IMG/VR virus record: IMGVR_UViG_3300047481_002095
Coordinates: 1-57,765 of that record
Source of the DNA: a virus
Lineage: Duplodnaviria > Caudoviricetes
Reading direction: 5' to 3' (one strand)
DNA length: 57,765 nucleotides
Each line of letters begins with the position of its first letter. Position 1 is the first letter of the stretch. The notes beneath the pieces are model-generated. The model was not told the origin of the DNA, did not search any database, and saw nothing but the letters and a program-made list of their open reading frames with translations. The translations under genes and the position numbers were made by a program. Positions 1 to 9,307 of the stretch are shown piece by piece.

Positions 1-2
1 AT

Positions 3-128
3 TTAGACCCATATAATGGAACTGGCACTACTACAAAAGTAGCGTTTCAAATGAATAGAAATTACATTGGAATAGATAATTCAGAAAAATATTGTAAAAT
101 AGCAGAAAAAAGGATTATTGATTCCTGA
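3..128 (+). CDS. 3' end of a DNA N4/N6 methyltransferase (partial, runs off window)
   Basis: Frame 3 reads LDPYNGTGTTTKVAFQMNRNYIGIDNSEKYCKIAEKR, the SAM-binding motif I (DPFxGxGTT) C-terminus of beta-class MTases. Confidence 0.85.
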   Translation, partial: LDPYNGTGTTTKVAFQMNRNYIGIDNSEKYCKIAEKRIIDS

Positions 129-210
129 TTTCCACATATTGGTTTGGATCGACCATTTTGAATCCATATCCGCTTATAATTTGTAAGGTAAGTAAAATTA
201 CTGTTATCAT
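115..210 (-). CDS. Possible 31-aa small protein with hydrophobic N-terminus
   Basis: GGAG ribosome-binding site before ATG; MITVILLTLQIISGYGFKMVDPNQYVEIRNQ. Confidence 0.3.
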   Translation of the reverse strand: MITVILLTLQIISGYGFKMVDPNQYVEIRNQ

Positions 211-237
211 AAAAATCTCCTAGGGAAATTATAAGTC

Positions 238-1620
238 ATGGAAAATATTTTGCAATTCCTATCTGAAAACAAAAAACTTAAAATTGCAGTTGTTGGAGAT
301 GCAATACTTGATGAATATTATGAAGTATCAGTAAAAAGAATTTCTCCAGAGTACCCAATTCCTATTCTTCTTGCTGAACAGGAAGTTCCTGAAACAAGAC
401 CGGGCGGTGCTGCAAATGTCGCATATCAATTCCAACACTTTGATGTTGATGTTAGTCTCCATTCATTTTGTGATTCAATTGCATTAAATTATTTTGATTC
501 AATAGAATTGAATGCCACACATAATTCTGTTTGTATTCCCAATAAGATTCCAAGGAAAAAAAGGTTTTTTCAGGAGAATGCACAATTAAGCAGGATTGAT
601 TTTGAAAAAGTAAATTGTGGTTTGTTGGATAATCTGTTGAAAATATATTTTGAAAATTTGTATAACAAGATGAGTGGTAAGCAATTTGATGCCATTATCT
701 ATTCGGACTACAACAAGGGTTTGTTCAACAACTTTGAAAATAATTTTTTGAGGAAAGATACGATTACAATTGTTGATTCCAAGAATGGTGACTTGAATAG
801 ATGGAAGGGTTGTACTGTTTTCAAGCCAAATGAAAAGGAAGCATTGGCTTATAGTGGAAAGAAAACTGTAGATGAAGCTGGCAAATACTTGTCTGATTTT
901 CTTGGATCATCTGTTGTTATCACACAAGCTGCAAATGGTGTAACTGTATTTGAAAATGGTAATATTCATAGGATTAAGCCAACAAAAAGTCCTGCTGTTG
1001 CAGAGTCAGTAATAGGTGCTGGCGATGCCTTTATTGCATTTCTTGCTATGGCATTGTGCAAGGGTTTTTCATTAGTTGATTCTTCTGAAATAGCTTTTAA
1101 GGCTGGAACATTGTATGTTCTCAACAAAAAGAACAAACCTTTAACGAAGAATGATATTCTGTATTCTATTGACCCATATTTAATGAAGAAGTTGAGTCCT
1201 CATGATTTGGGTTCAATAAAGAAAAAAGGCGAGAAATTGGTTTTCACGAATGGTTGTTTTGATATTTTTCATGCTGGTCATCTAGCAAGTTTGAAATTTG
1301 CCAAGAATTGTGGACACAAGTTGGTAGTTGGATTGAATTCCGATAAAAGTGTTTCTTCTTTGAAGCCGGGAAGGCCAATTATTCCAGAAAAGGAAAGAAT
1401 GGAAGTTTTGGCTTCTTGTGAGTATGTGGACTATGTTGTTTTATTTGATGAAAATACGCCTCTTCAGTTAATTCAAAAAATTAGTCCTGATGTTGTTGTC
1501 AAAGGTGCTGATTATAAAGAAGAAGATGTGGTTGGATATGGACTGGCAGAAATAAAAAGATGCCCTCTTGTGGAGGGCATCAGTACAACGAAAATTATTG
1601 AAAAGATAAAATCTGTTTAG
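238..1620 (+). CDS. hldE: Bifunctional heptose-7-phosphate kinase / heptose-1-phosphate adenylyltransferase (HldE/RfaE)
   Basis: PfkB domain (VVGDAILDEY, PGGAANVA, SDYNKG, GAGD) fused to cytidylyltransferase-like domain (FTNGCFDIFHAGH, VGLNSD, KGADY, GISTT). Confidence 0.92.
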   Translation: MENILQFLSENKKLKIAVVGDAILDEYYEVSVKRISPEYPIPILLAEQEVPETRPGGAANVAYQFQHFDVDVSLHSFCDSIALNYFDSIELNATHNSVCIPNKIPRKKRFFQENAQLSRIDFEKVNCGLLDNLLKIYFENLYNKMSGKQFDAIIYSDYNKGLFNNFENNFLRKDTITIVDSKNGDLNRWKGCTVFKPNEKEALAYSGKKTVDEAGKYLSDFLGSSVVITQAANGVTVFENGNIHRIKPTKSPAVAESVIGAGDAFIAFLAMALCKGFSLVDSSEIAFKAGTLYVLNKKNKPLTKNDILYSIDPYLMKKLSPHDLGSIKKKGEKLVFTNGCFDIFHAGHLASLKFAKNCGHKLVVGLNSDKSVSSLKPGRPIIPEKERMEVLASCEYVDYVVLFDENTPLQLIQKISPDVVVKGADYKEEDVVGYGLAEIKRCPLVEGISTTKIIEKIKSV

Positions 1621-2819
1621 CGTTTTCTTCTTTTCTTGAGATTGTTTTCAGCTTGCTCTATTGTCAAAACTCCTGAAAGAACAAGAAGTTGTTCATTCAT
1701 GCTTAAACCGGGATGGAATGTTGATGCTGTTTGCAATGCAGGGGTGGTTCCTCCCATATTTGCGCCTCCTGCGTTTGGAGCAGATGTCTGAATTGATTTA
1801 TTGAAATTTTGGTTGGGTTGAAATTGCACAGCAGAGCTAGAAGCGTTATTTGTGTTCTGCTGTGAAGATTGACCGTCCATTTTGGGAGCATTTATAGTTG
1901 TTGGATTTGCTTTGCCTGTAGTAACACCGCTATATGCGGCAACTCCAGAATCAGACAATGCTTTTCTAAGTGCTGCGCTAAGAGGAGATTTGATGTCAAG
2001 CATTCCATCATTAGCTGCTTTTGCAAGAGCTTGAAGAACTGCGTCTTTATCCATGCCATCAGGAGGCACGACTGGCATTTCCTCTCTAGGAAGATTGGTT
2101 TTATTCTGTTTTTGTTCTGCGCTAATATTGTCTATGTTTGTTAAAAGTATATTCAAACCAGTATTTGAGTCACCATTAGCACCTTCTATTTTTGCTAAAA
2201 GTTCTGGACTAATTTGTCGGACTTTGTTTTTTAAATTTTCAAAAGCTTCAGCAATACTTTCGCCTTTTGCTGAATTGCCTTGCATAACTCCTAGTTCACC
2301 TACAGTATATGCATTCAATACTGTAATAAGTTTTTTCAAAGGCAAGTTCATTTTTAGAACATTAACATTTTTATTTGGATATAAAACAAGAGCAGCAGCC
2401 CACCTATGGTGGCCGTCCATGATTGCATTATCTTCCGAAACAATAGCTTGCATATTTGAAAGGAATTCAGGTTTTGTAATACCTGTTTCTATCATTCCTT
2501 TGACTTTATCCGAAACCAAAGTTGCCTGTGTTGGGCTGAGAAGGCTTGGTTGTATAGGGGTAAATTTTGCTGTAATTTTATCGTCAGAAGGATTGTTATC
2601 ATTACCTCCACCCTTGGCTAAACTTTGTGCAATTTCTGGATTGGAAGCAAATTTTGAAAGAGGAATGGGGTCTGCTCCCATCCCTAATTCAACATCTCCA
2701 CTTTGGTCACTATCACCGGCTCCCATACCAAAAGCAGAAACAGCCTTTCCTGCCATATTATCTTCTCTCAAAAGTCTTGATCTGCTTACTTGACGATAAA
2801 ATTCAGCAAAACTTTTCAT
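1617..2819 (-). CDS. ParB/Srx-like domain protein with capsid-targeting-like N-terminus and low-complexity C-terminus
   Basis: LSPTQ...IVSEDNAIMDGHHRWAA ParB-like motif; begins MKSFAEFY. Confidence 0.6.
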   Translation of the reverse strand: MKSFAEFYRQVSRSRLLREDNMAGKAVSAFGMGAGDSDQSGDVELGMGADPIPLSKFASNPEIAQSLAKGGGNDNNPSDDKITAKFTPIQPSLLSPTQATLVSDKVKGMIETGITKPEFLSNMQAIVSEDNAIMDGHHRWAAALVLYPNKNVNVLKMNLPLKKLITVLNAYTVGELGVMQGNSAKGESIAEAFENLKNKVRQISPELLAKIEGANGDSNTGLNILLTNIDNISAEQKQNKTNLPREEMPVVPPDGMDKDAVLQALAKAANDGMLDIKSPLSAALRKALSDSGVAAYSGVTTGKANPTTINAPKMDGQSSQQNTNNASSSAVQFQPNQNFNKSIQTSAPNAGGANMGGTTPALQTASTFHPGLSMNEQLLVLSGVLTIEQAENNLKKRRKR

Positions 2820-2831
2820 GTTATTTTCCTT

Positions 2832-3062
2832 TTATTTGCAAGAGCATTCGGTTTTTCCACAAGATTTGCAACAAGTGCAAAGTTCACAACAGGCACCATT
2901 TGCAGAACAACATCCTTCTAGAGCGCAACATGGGCAACCACATTGGCAAAAACATTTTTCACAAAGGCATTTCTCATTTGATTTTATGAATCCGGCAAAT
3001 ATAAAACTTGAAATTATCAGTACAGCAATCGTACCTAACAAGGAATCTATCCAGTTATACAT
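2832..3062 (-). CDS. Membrane-anchored cysteine-rich (metallothionein-like) small protein
   Basis: N-terminal hydrophobic helix, then 18 Cys in the last 45 aa; GAGGAGG RBS. Confidence 0.6.
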   Translation of the reverse strand: MYNWIDSLLGTIAVLIISSFIFAGFIKSNEKCLCEKCFCQCGCPCCALEGCCSANGACCELCTCCKSCGKTECSCK

Positions 3063-3094
3063 GATGCCTCCTCATATAATTTATTTAGATATAT

Positions 3095-3382
3095 ATGCGT
3101 AAAAAACACAGAATAAATAAAATTGCAAAAAAAAAGGCAGAAGGCAAATGCCGTTTTTGTTCTTGTGACAACTATGAGCTTTTAGATGTTCATAGAATCA
3201 TAGAAGGAAATCAGGGTGGCATTTATAGCGATCAAAATACAGTTGTAGTATGTGCTAATTGCCACAGAAAAATTCATGCTGGTATAATCAAGATAGACAG
3301 GCAATATCCTACAATGTCTGGTAGACTGTCACTACATTATTGGATTGAAGGAAAAGAATACTGGTCAGTAGAGGAAAGGTGA
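3095..3382 (+). CDS. HNH endonuclease
   Basis: CRFC...LDVHRI...N..VVCANCHRKIH. Confidence 0.8.
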   Translation: MRKKHRINKIAKKKAEGKCRFCSCDNYELLDVHRIIEGNQGGIYSDQNTVVVCANCHRKIHAGIIKIDRQYPTMSGRLSLHYWIEGKEYWSVEER

Positions 3383-3777
3383 ATATGCGTACATTCAAGC
3401 AATTTTGCGAATCGATGGTTGATCTTGATCATTACGCACAAGTGAGCGATCAGGCATTGGATAATGAATATAAATATGGCAGATCAAAACCGGGTACATT
3501 TGGATATGAGGCCAATAAGGGAAGTGCAAAGTTTGCTCTTGAATTGATGCAGAAAGGTGAAACTGATATTGAGGTTCTTTCTGACGCAATCCATAAAGGT
3601 TGGTCAAGTGTAGCCACTACTTATGATGATCCGGTTTATGCCACAAAACCTGAGAAAAAATCAAATCGCCTTAAACTTGCAGAAACACCTTATTCTTCTT
3701 TGCCAGAACAAGAAAAAGAAAAGGATAGAGTTGTGGCCAGAGCTTTGCTTAAAGCATATCAAGAAAATCACGAATAA
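3379..3777 (+). CDS. RyR-domain-like protein with capsid-targeting-like N-terminus
   Basis: IHKGW...PYSSLPEQEKEKDR matches the RyR repeat signature; starts MRTFKQFCES. Confidence 0.6.
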   Translation: MNMRTFKQFCESMVDLDHYAQVSDQALDNEYKYGRSKPGTFGYEANKGSAKFALELMQKGETDIEVLSDAIHKGWSSVATTYDDPVYATKPEKKSNRLKLAETPYSSLPEQEKEKDRVVARALLKAYQENHE

Positions 3778-3793
3778 GTAACTAGCTTATTTC

Positions 3794-4384
3794 ATGATAT
3801 CTTCATTAGGAAATGGACTTACAGTTGTTATTGATTGTGATTACACAACACATCATGAATGGATGTCCTTTTTAACATTCTGGTCTTTGTTGAAAAACCT
3901 TCCTGAGGCAAGAGTTGTTGTTACTTGCGTCAGGAAAGGTATGAATATGGAAATATTTATTTGGCCAAGAAGATGCCAGATTCCCATCTTGTATCATAGG
4001 CCCATGACAAAAGAAGAACTTCATCATTTCGTAATAACTCATACCAAATCAAATGCAACCAAGAATGTTATCATTATTGATCCATCTATTGTTTTTTTAA
4101 GAGACTTTGAAGAAGGTTGTTTTGATCCAAATTCACTTTTGGATCATATTACAACTTGCGGAATAGAAGGACTGATAGATGATGTGAAAACTGATAATCC
4201 TGTTGTTTGTTGCGATTACTCAAATGGTTGGGGAAAGTTTGTTACATCTCAATGGATAAATAAATCAAGTGTCCCTCTTTCAAGTACAAACTTCGCAAGT
4301 ACGGACATGAGCGTAAATGAAAGAAGAATGTCCGATATTTGGAAATCAGCAACTAAGATATATCAAAATATATCAAGGGGTTAA
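3794..4384 (+). CDS. Hypothetical protein
   Basis: 196-aa ORF in a co-directional run. Confidence 0.55.
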   Translation: MISSLGNGLTVVIDCDYTTHHEWMSFLTFWSLLKNLPEARVVVTCVRKGMNMEIFIWPRRCQIPILYHRPMTKEELHHFVITHTKSNATKNVIIIDPSIVFLRDFEEGCFDPNSLLDHITTCGIEGLIDDVKTDNPVVCCDYSNGWGKFVTSQWINKSSVPLSSTNFASTDMSVNERRMSDIWKSATKIYQNISRG

Positions 4385-4385
4385 T

Positions 4386-4670
4386 ATGAGAAAATACAAT
4401 TACGATGACAATGATGAGTTTCGTGAGGACATTGACAAGTTCTTTTCAGATAACAATGACTCTCCTTCTAATTATGATGATATTTTGCATGAGGAATTTG
4501 CTCTTCAGCAAGAGAGAATTGATGTTCAGAACAGGGACATTGATATTAAGATCATGAGAACTGCTGTGAGAGTTTGTGAAAAGACATTTCTTTGGTGCTT
4601 TATGTCAATTCCTACTCGCATGAAAATGATTTCCGATGCATATAAGAAACTTAAAAAACTAGAGGAATAA
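4386..4670 (+). CDS. Hypothetical protein
   Basis: ATG at 4386 after AGGGG RBS, within ORF 4317-4670. Confidence 0.55.
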   Translation: MRKYNYDDNDEFREDIDKFFSDNNDSPSNYDDILHEEFALQQERIDVQNRDIDIKIMRTAVRVCEKTFLWCFMSIPTRMKMISDAYKKLKKLEE

Positions 4671-4671
4671 A

Positions 4672-5007
4672 ATGCCTTTTTACGAATTTTGTTGCAAGAA
4701 ATGTGATACAGTATATGATGAACTTTGTTCTCATGATCCATCAGGCAAATACAAGGATGTATCTTGCCCCAAATGCAAAAGCAAATCAAAGAAGAAATTG
4801 ATGTCTGCTTGCAAATATCAATTCTCAAATCCAGAAGGAACAGACCGCTGGAATAGTGAATCAAGCGGTCATGACTATAGGTTTAATCATAACTTGCCAA
4901 AAGTTCTGTCTGAAAGACAAAAGGCAGAAGAAGCAGGAAAGAACCCAAATCCTTACAATAATATCAATGATTTGAGTAGTGACGATTCTTGGGGCGAAGT
5001 GAAGTAG
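4672..5007 (+). CDS. FmdB-family zinc-ribbon protein
   Basis: MPFYEFCCKKC...CPKCKSK..KKLMS signature. Confidence 0.8.
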   Translation: MPFYEFCCKKCDTVYDELCSHDPSGKYKDVSCPKCKSKSKKKLMSACKYQFSNPEGTDRWNSESSGHDYRFNHNLPKVLSERQKAEEAGKNPNPYNNINDLSSDDSWGEVK

Positions 5008-5072
5008 ATTCTTCCAATCTAAGCCAATTCTTGAAGTTTAGTATTGTTTCACCCATTTAGGCTAGATACTGT

Positions 5073-5495
5073 ATGATGCGTTTTCATGAATGGCTGCGAC
5101 TCAGAGAAGGAGCAGTCACCTACAATTATGACCGAGTAGCATTCGCCCGATTGCCTTGGGACTGGCAAGCGATGCGGCGTTTGAAGATTGTCCAGCCAAT
5201 GTTCTACTTCCCAAAGAATACTTGGGTGAACGGTCAACCTCCGCAGGAGGAGGACTGGCAGTACGCCCTCATCACCAAGCAAAATTTGGACAACACGCCG
5301 TCAGATGAATTGTCTGCGACGAACCCGCATACTGGCAATCCACCAGACGAAGCTCACTTTCGTCAATACCTGACAAATCCGCAGGCATGGTATGACGACA
5401 AGATAGATCAGGTCTACAACAGCATTAAGATGGTCGGCAAAAGACCTGAAGACTTCGGCGGCAAGGACATTCGGCAATATTCTCAGAATTCCTGA
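5073..5495 (+). CDS. Hypothetical phage protein with capsid-targeting-like N-terminus
   Basis: MMRFHEWLRLREG; lies in a visibly GC-richer block shared with tnpB. Confidence 0.6.
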   Translation: MMRFHEWLRLREGAVTYNYDRVAFARLPWDWQAMRRLKIVQPMFYFPKNTWVNGQPPQEEDWQYALITKQNLDNTPSDELSATNPHTGNPPDEAHFRQYLTNPQAWYDDKIDQVYNSIKMVGKRPEDFGGKDIRQYSQNS

Positions 5496-5530
5496 CGAAA
5501 AATAAAGCCTGCCATACTAACTAATGCTGT

Positions 5531-6742
5531 ATGGCGAAGGAGCATAAACCAAACCTGTATTCGTACCGCTTTCGGCTCTACCCGAACAAAGAACAGCGTA
5601 TCTTGCTGTCCAAACACTTCGGGGCGATCCGTTTTGTGTACAACCACTTCCTCGCCAGCCGCAAGGACAAGTATCTAGCCAGCAAGAAGTCCAGCAACTA
5701 CTACGGCGATTGCAAACTCTTGACCGAGTTGAAGAAAAAGCACCTCTGGATGAAAGAGGTATACTCGCAGTCGTTGCAGTTTAGTCTCAAGTGCTTGGAC
5801 GCCGCCTACAACAATTTCTTTGCAGGACGAGGTAAGTTCCCTGTCTTCAAGAAGAAGCAAGGTCATCAGTCCTTCCGAATACCGCAGAATGTCAAAATTG
5901 GTGACAACCATCTGTATATCCCGAAGTTCTTGGAAGGGATCAAGATGGTCAAGCATCGTGAAGTCGAAGGCACAATCAAGTTTGCCACGATCAGCAGGAA
6001 CAAGGTTGGGCAGTATCATGTCAGCATCACCGTCGAGCGAGACATGCCTATGCTGCTACCAGTTGACGCTGAGATTGGTGTGGACTTAGGCATCAAGACG
6101 CTGGCGACTTGCAGCGACGGGAAGGTATATGAGAACATCAAGCCATACCGCCAGTTGAAACGCAAACTCAAGATGGCACAAAGGCGGTTAAGTAGGAAGA
6201 AGAAAGGTAGCAAGAACCAAGAGCGAGCCAGAAGGAAGTTAGCCAAGATACATCTGAAGGTGAAGAACATCAGGACTGACCATCTGCACAAGACGACAAC
6301 CAAGATCATCCGTGAAAACCAAACGGTCTATTTGGAGTCGTTGAATGTATTGGGCATGATGAAGAACCATTGTCTCGCAGGAGCGATTGCCGATGCCTCG
6401 TTCTATGAGATACGCAGGCAGTTGGAGTACAAGGCGGGTTGGTATGGGCGAACGGTCAAGTATCTGGATCGTTGGTTCCCGTCGAGCAAAACTTGTTCTG
6501 AGTGTGGCTTCATCAAGCAGGACTTGAAGTTGAAGGATCGGGAGTGGAATTGCCCTCGCTGCGGGACACATCATGACCGTGATCTGAACGCAGCGAGGAT
6601 GATCTTGAAGCAAGGTAAGATAGAAGGAAAACTACCGTTGGAACGACGGGAAGTAAAGCGTGTGGACTTAGAGGAAATCCGACTGAACTATCAGTCGGCT
6701 AAGGTTGAGACACGAAGCCACTCCCCTTTAGGGGGGCGGTAG
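5531..6742 (+). CDS. tnpB: IS200/IS605-family RNA-guided endonuclease TnpB
   Basis: N-terminal HTH (YRFRLYPNKEQ, RFVYN), RuvC-I GVDLGIK, RuvC-II LESLNV, zinc finger CSECG/CPRCG, RuvC-III DRDLNAA; all catalytic residues present. Confidence 0.95.
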   Translation: MAKEHKPNLYSYRFRLYPNKEQRILLSKHFGAIRFVYNHFLASRKDKYLASKKSSNYYGDCKLLTELKKKHLWMKEVYSQSLQFSLKCLDAAYNNFFAGRGKFPVFKKKQGHQSFRIPQNVKIGDNHLYIPKFLEGIKMVKHREVEGTIKFATISRNKVGQYHVSITVERDMPMLLPVDAEIGVDLGIKTLATCSDGKVYENIKPYRQLKRKLKMAQRRLSRKKKGSKNQERARRKLAKIHLKVKNIRTDHLHKTTTKIIRENQTVYLESLNVLGMMKNHCLAGAIADASFYEIRRQLEYKAGWYGRTVKYLDRWFPSSKTCSECGFIKQDLKLKDREWNCPRCGTHHDRDLNAARMILKQGKIEGKLPLERREVKRVDLEEIRLNYQSAKVETRSHSPLGGR

Positions 6743-6747
6743 TTCAC
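5531..6747 (+). mobile_element. Non-autonomous IS605/IS1341-like element (tnpB only)
   Basis: Right end GAAGCCACTCCCCTTTAGGGGGGCGGTAGTTCAC with hairpin and terminal TTCAC; abrupt return to AT-rich DNA after 6747; no tnpA; left end not identified. Confidence 0.7.
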
Positions 6748-6767
6748 ACTATGAAATAATTTGCCTT
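6600..6767 (+). ncRNA. Putative TnpB omegaRNA (reRNA) scaffold plus flanking guide
   Basis: Hairpins CCGACTGA-ACTA-TCAGTCGG (6679-6698) and CCCC-TTTA-GGGG overlap the tnpB 3' end; guide would start after TTCAC at 6748; 5' boundary approximate. Confidence 0.55.
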
Positions 6768-6895
6768 GAAACCAAATAAATGTTATCAATGAACTATAAT
6801 TGGTGCCACTATCATACATTTCGTCAGGACTGATATGTGTTTCCATTTTATTTCCTTAAAACTATTTAGCAAAATTAAATTTTTTATGCTTTGAT

Positions 6896-6924
6896 TTGTT
6901 CTTGATTTTTTGGGTTCTTATAAT
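6896..6924 (+). promoter_or_regulatory. Sigma70-type promoter for prkA-yeaH-spoVR
   Basis: TTGTTC-17 bp-TATAAT. Confidence 0.45.
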
Positions 6925-6971
6925 TAATTTGGGAAATCGTAAAAACCTTGTATTCTTATATCGGGGGCAAA

Positions 6972-9047
6972 ATGAGCAAACTCCAAAAAGTAATTTCAAA
7001 CTTCAATCGTCAACAATTTCGTGCAATCAATAAAGAGATGTCTTTTTCTGAATACATTGAACTTTGTTATCAAAATCCCAAGCTCATTCGCAACTCATGG
7101 CAAACCATCTATGACATGATCATGGAAAAGGGAAGCTACACAATTGAAGAGTATCGAAAAACATATGTAAATTACAAGTTTTTTGATGATCCTGAATGCC
7201 CAATTGTTGGCCTTACTCCTATGAAGGACTCTCTTGTCAAGTTCATCAAGGGTGCTGCTGGTGGTTATGGCACGGAAAGGAGAATTCTTCTTCTTCATGG
7301 GCCAGTAGGATCATCAAAGTCAACAATTCTCAGGCTTTTCAAGAGAAGTCTTGAAAAGTACAGCAGAAGCGATAGCGGAGCTTGGTATAGCTTTAAGTGG
7401 GTCAACCTTCCAACAGGAGCAGATGGCGTTTATAACAATCCAGAATGTGAATGCCCCATGCACGAACAACCACTTAAACTTCTTCCTATTGATGTTCGCT
7501 CACAAGTAGTGGCAGAACTCAATAAAATTCATGAGGAGCAAGCTTCTCCCGAACAAAGAAGTGATATTTATACTCTCAAGTGCAATGATGAACTTGACCC
7601 TCTTTGCAACTTATTTATGAATGAACTTCTCAAGAAGTATGATGGAGACCTTCAAAAGGTTCTTGAAAATCATATCAGGGTTGTAAGAAAGATTTATTCA
7701 GAAGCTGATCGTTGCGGAATCGCAACATTCCAGCCAAAGGATGAAAAGAATCAAGATTCCACAGAACTTACGGGAGATATCAATTTCCGTAATATTGGAA
7801 ACTTCGGGTCTGACAGCGATCCTCGTTCATTCTCATTCGATGGTGAGTTCTGCGCTGGAAATCGTGGAATTATTGAATTTATTGAAGCTCTTAAACTTGA
7901 TACTGCATTTCTTTATGATTTGCTTGGAGCAAGCCAAGAACAGAGCATCAAGCCCAAGAAATTTGCACAAGTCAGCATTGATGAAGCAATTTTTTCGCAC
8001 ACCAATGACCCAGAATTTCAAAAGCTGAAAAGCAATCAATATATGGAAGCATTCAGGGATCGCACAACTAAAATTGATGTTCCATATACGCTCAAGTGGA
8101 GCGAGGAACTCAGGATTCTAGAGAAGGATTATGGCCCCGGCAAGGTTCGCCAGCATATCGCTCCACACACACTTGAGATTGCAGCTTTGTGGAGTATCCT
8201 AACTCGTCTTGCCGATGATAAGGATGGAAAGATCAACCTTGTTGAAAAGGCTGAACTTTATGATGGCAAACTTCTCGCCGGATGGACTGAAGACTCAGTC
8301 AAGGAACTCAAGGACAAGTATCCAGAAGAAGGCATGAATGGTGGTGTTTCTGTTCGATATCTTCAGGACAAGATTTCCAACTGTCTTGCCAACAATCATG
8401 ACTATGTAAATATGTTCATGGTTCTTAATGAATTGCGTGATGGACTTGATCATTGCAGTCTTCTGACCAATAAGGAGCAAGTAGGTCGATATATTACTTG
8501 CATTGACCTTTCAGTCAAGAAGTTGACTGAAATTCTCAAGGCAGAAGTTCAGAAGGCCTTGGTTGGAGACAAGGAAGCAATCAAGCGTCTTTGCTCCAAT
8601 TATATTGACAATGTCATGGCCTATATCAATAAATCCAAGATTAAAGACCCAATCACAGGTCAAGATCGCAAGCCTGATGAAAGGCTTATGCGTCAAATCG
8701 AGGAAAAGATTCAGATTCCAGATACTGGATGCGATGATTTCCGTAGACAAATCGCAGCTTTCATTGGCCACCTCGCCCATGAAGGCAAGACTTTCACATG
8801 GGACAGCAATCCCAAGCTTCGCAAGGCACTTGAGGCCAAGCTTTTCGAGGATGTGAAGGACACAATCAAGTTGAGCGCACTCAACATGAGCGGAGCAACT
8901 GTTGTTGACAAGGACTTGCAGGAAAAGATTGATGCTGTCAAGACACGCCTTGTCAAGGACTTCGGTTACAATGAAAGAAGTGCCACAGATGTTCTAGACT
9001 TTGTTGGTGGCATATTCAGTCGTGGAGACCTTGCCGAAGACGAGTAA
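6972..9047 (+). CDS. prkA: PrkA/YeaG-family AAA+ serine protein kinase
   Basis: Walker A LHGPVGSSKST, CPMHEQPL, SDPR.F..DGE...NRG.IEF.E, YMEAFRDR; ATG 6972 with GGGGG RBS. Confidence 0.92.
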   Translation: MSKLQKVISNFNRQQFRAINKEMSFSEYIELCYQNPKLIRNSWQTIYDMIMEKGSYTIEEYRKTYVNYKFFDDPECPIVGLTPMKDSLVKFIKGAAGGYGTERRILLLHGPVGSSKSTILRLFKRSLEKYSRSDSGAWYSFKWVNLPTGADGVYNNPECECPMHEQPLKLLPIDVRSQVVAELNKIHEEQASPEQRSDIYTLKCNDELDPLCNLFMNELLKKYDGDLQKVLENHIRVVRKIYSEADRCGIATFQPKDEKNQDSTELTGDINFRNIGNFGSDSDPRSFSFDGEFCAGNRGIIEFIEALKLDTAFLYDLLGASQEQSIKPKKFAQVSIDEAIFSHTNDPEFQKLKSNQYMEAFRDRTTKIDVPYTLKWSEELRILEKDYGPGKVRQHIAPHTLEIAALWSILTRLADDKDGKINLVEKAELYDGKLLAGWTEDSVKELKDKYPEEGMNGGVSVRYLQDKISNCLANNHDYVNMFMVLNELRDGLDHCSLLTNKEQVGRYITCIDLSVKKLTEILKAEVQKALVGDKEAIKRLCSNYIDNVMAYINKSKIKDPITGQDRKPDERLMRQIEEKIQIPDTGCDDFRRQIAAFIGHLAHEGKTFTWDSNPKLRKALEAKLFEDVKDTIKLSALNMSGATVVDKDLQEKIDAVKTRLVKDFGYNERSATDVLDFVGGIFSRGDLAEDE

Positions 9048-9077
9048 GGTACTCTTAATTTTGAGCGGAGGACAGTC

Positions 9078-9293
9078 ATGCAGAATGTATGGTTGCAATC
9101 AGCACAAGCAAAGAAGCTTATGCAGGAAATCGATACAATTGCTATGGACATTTGGTCTCAGGACGGGACTCTTGGAGACTTGTTCTCCGCTCTTAATGAT
9201 GACCACACAGACCTTTTATTTTCTATGAAAATAAAGGAATTTTCAATAGACCCTACTGACAATTCATGTTCTATCACTCTTAATCCATCCTGA
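9078..9293 (+). CDS. Hypothetical protein
   Basis: GGAGG RBS; 71 aa between prkA and yeaH. Confidence 0.55.
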   Translation: MQNVWLQSAQAKKLMQEIDTIAMDIWSQDGTLGDLFSALNDDHTDLLFSMKIKEFSIDPTDNSCSITLNPS

Positions 9294-9307
9294 TAATTGG
9301 TGAAACT

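Noticed and set aside
2053-2793. 246-aa plus-strand ORF and similar antisense or alternate-frame ORFs (e.g. 22846-23199, 27340-27855, 40466-40954)
   Set aside because: Shadows of real genes on the other strand or frame, with no motifs or RBS
4964-5056. 30-aa minus-strand ORF MGETILNFKNWLRLEES with a capsid-targeting-like motif
   Set aside because: Very short, overlaps the FmdB gene and has no clear RBS; at most a remnant at the edge of the GC-rich block
6671-6698. GAGGAAAT-CCGACTGA-ACTA-TCAGTCGG as a second Cas12i-type repeat (shares GAGGAAA(A)TCC with the cas12i leader)
   Set aside because: Lies in the tnpB 3' end, where omegaRNA hairpins are expected; the stem sequence differs, so the shared prefix is probably chance
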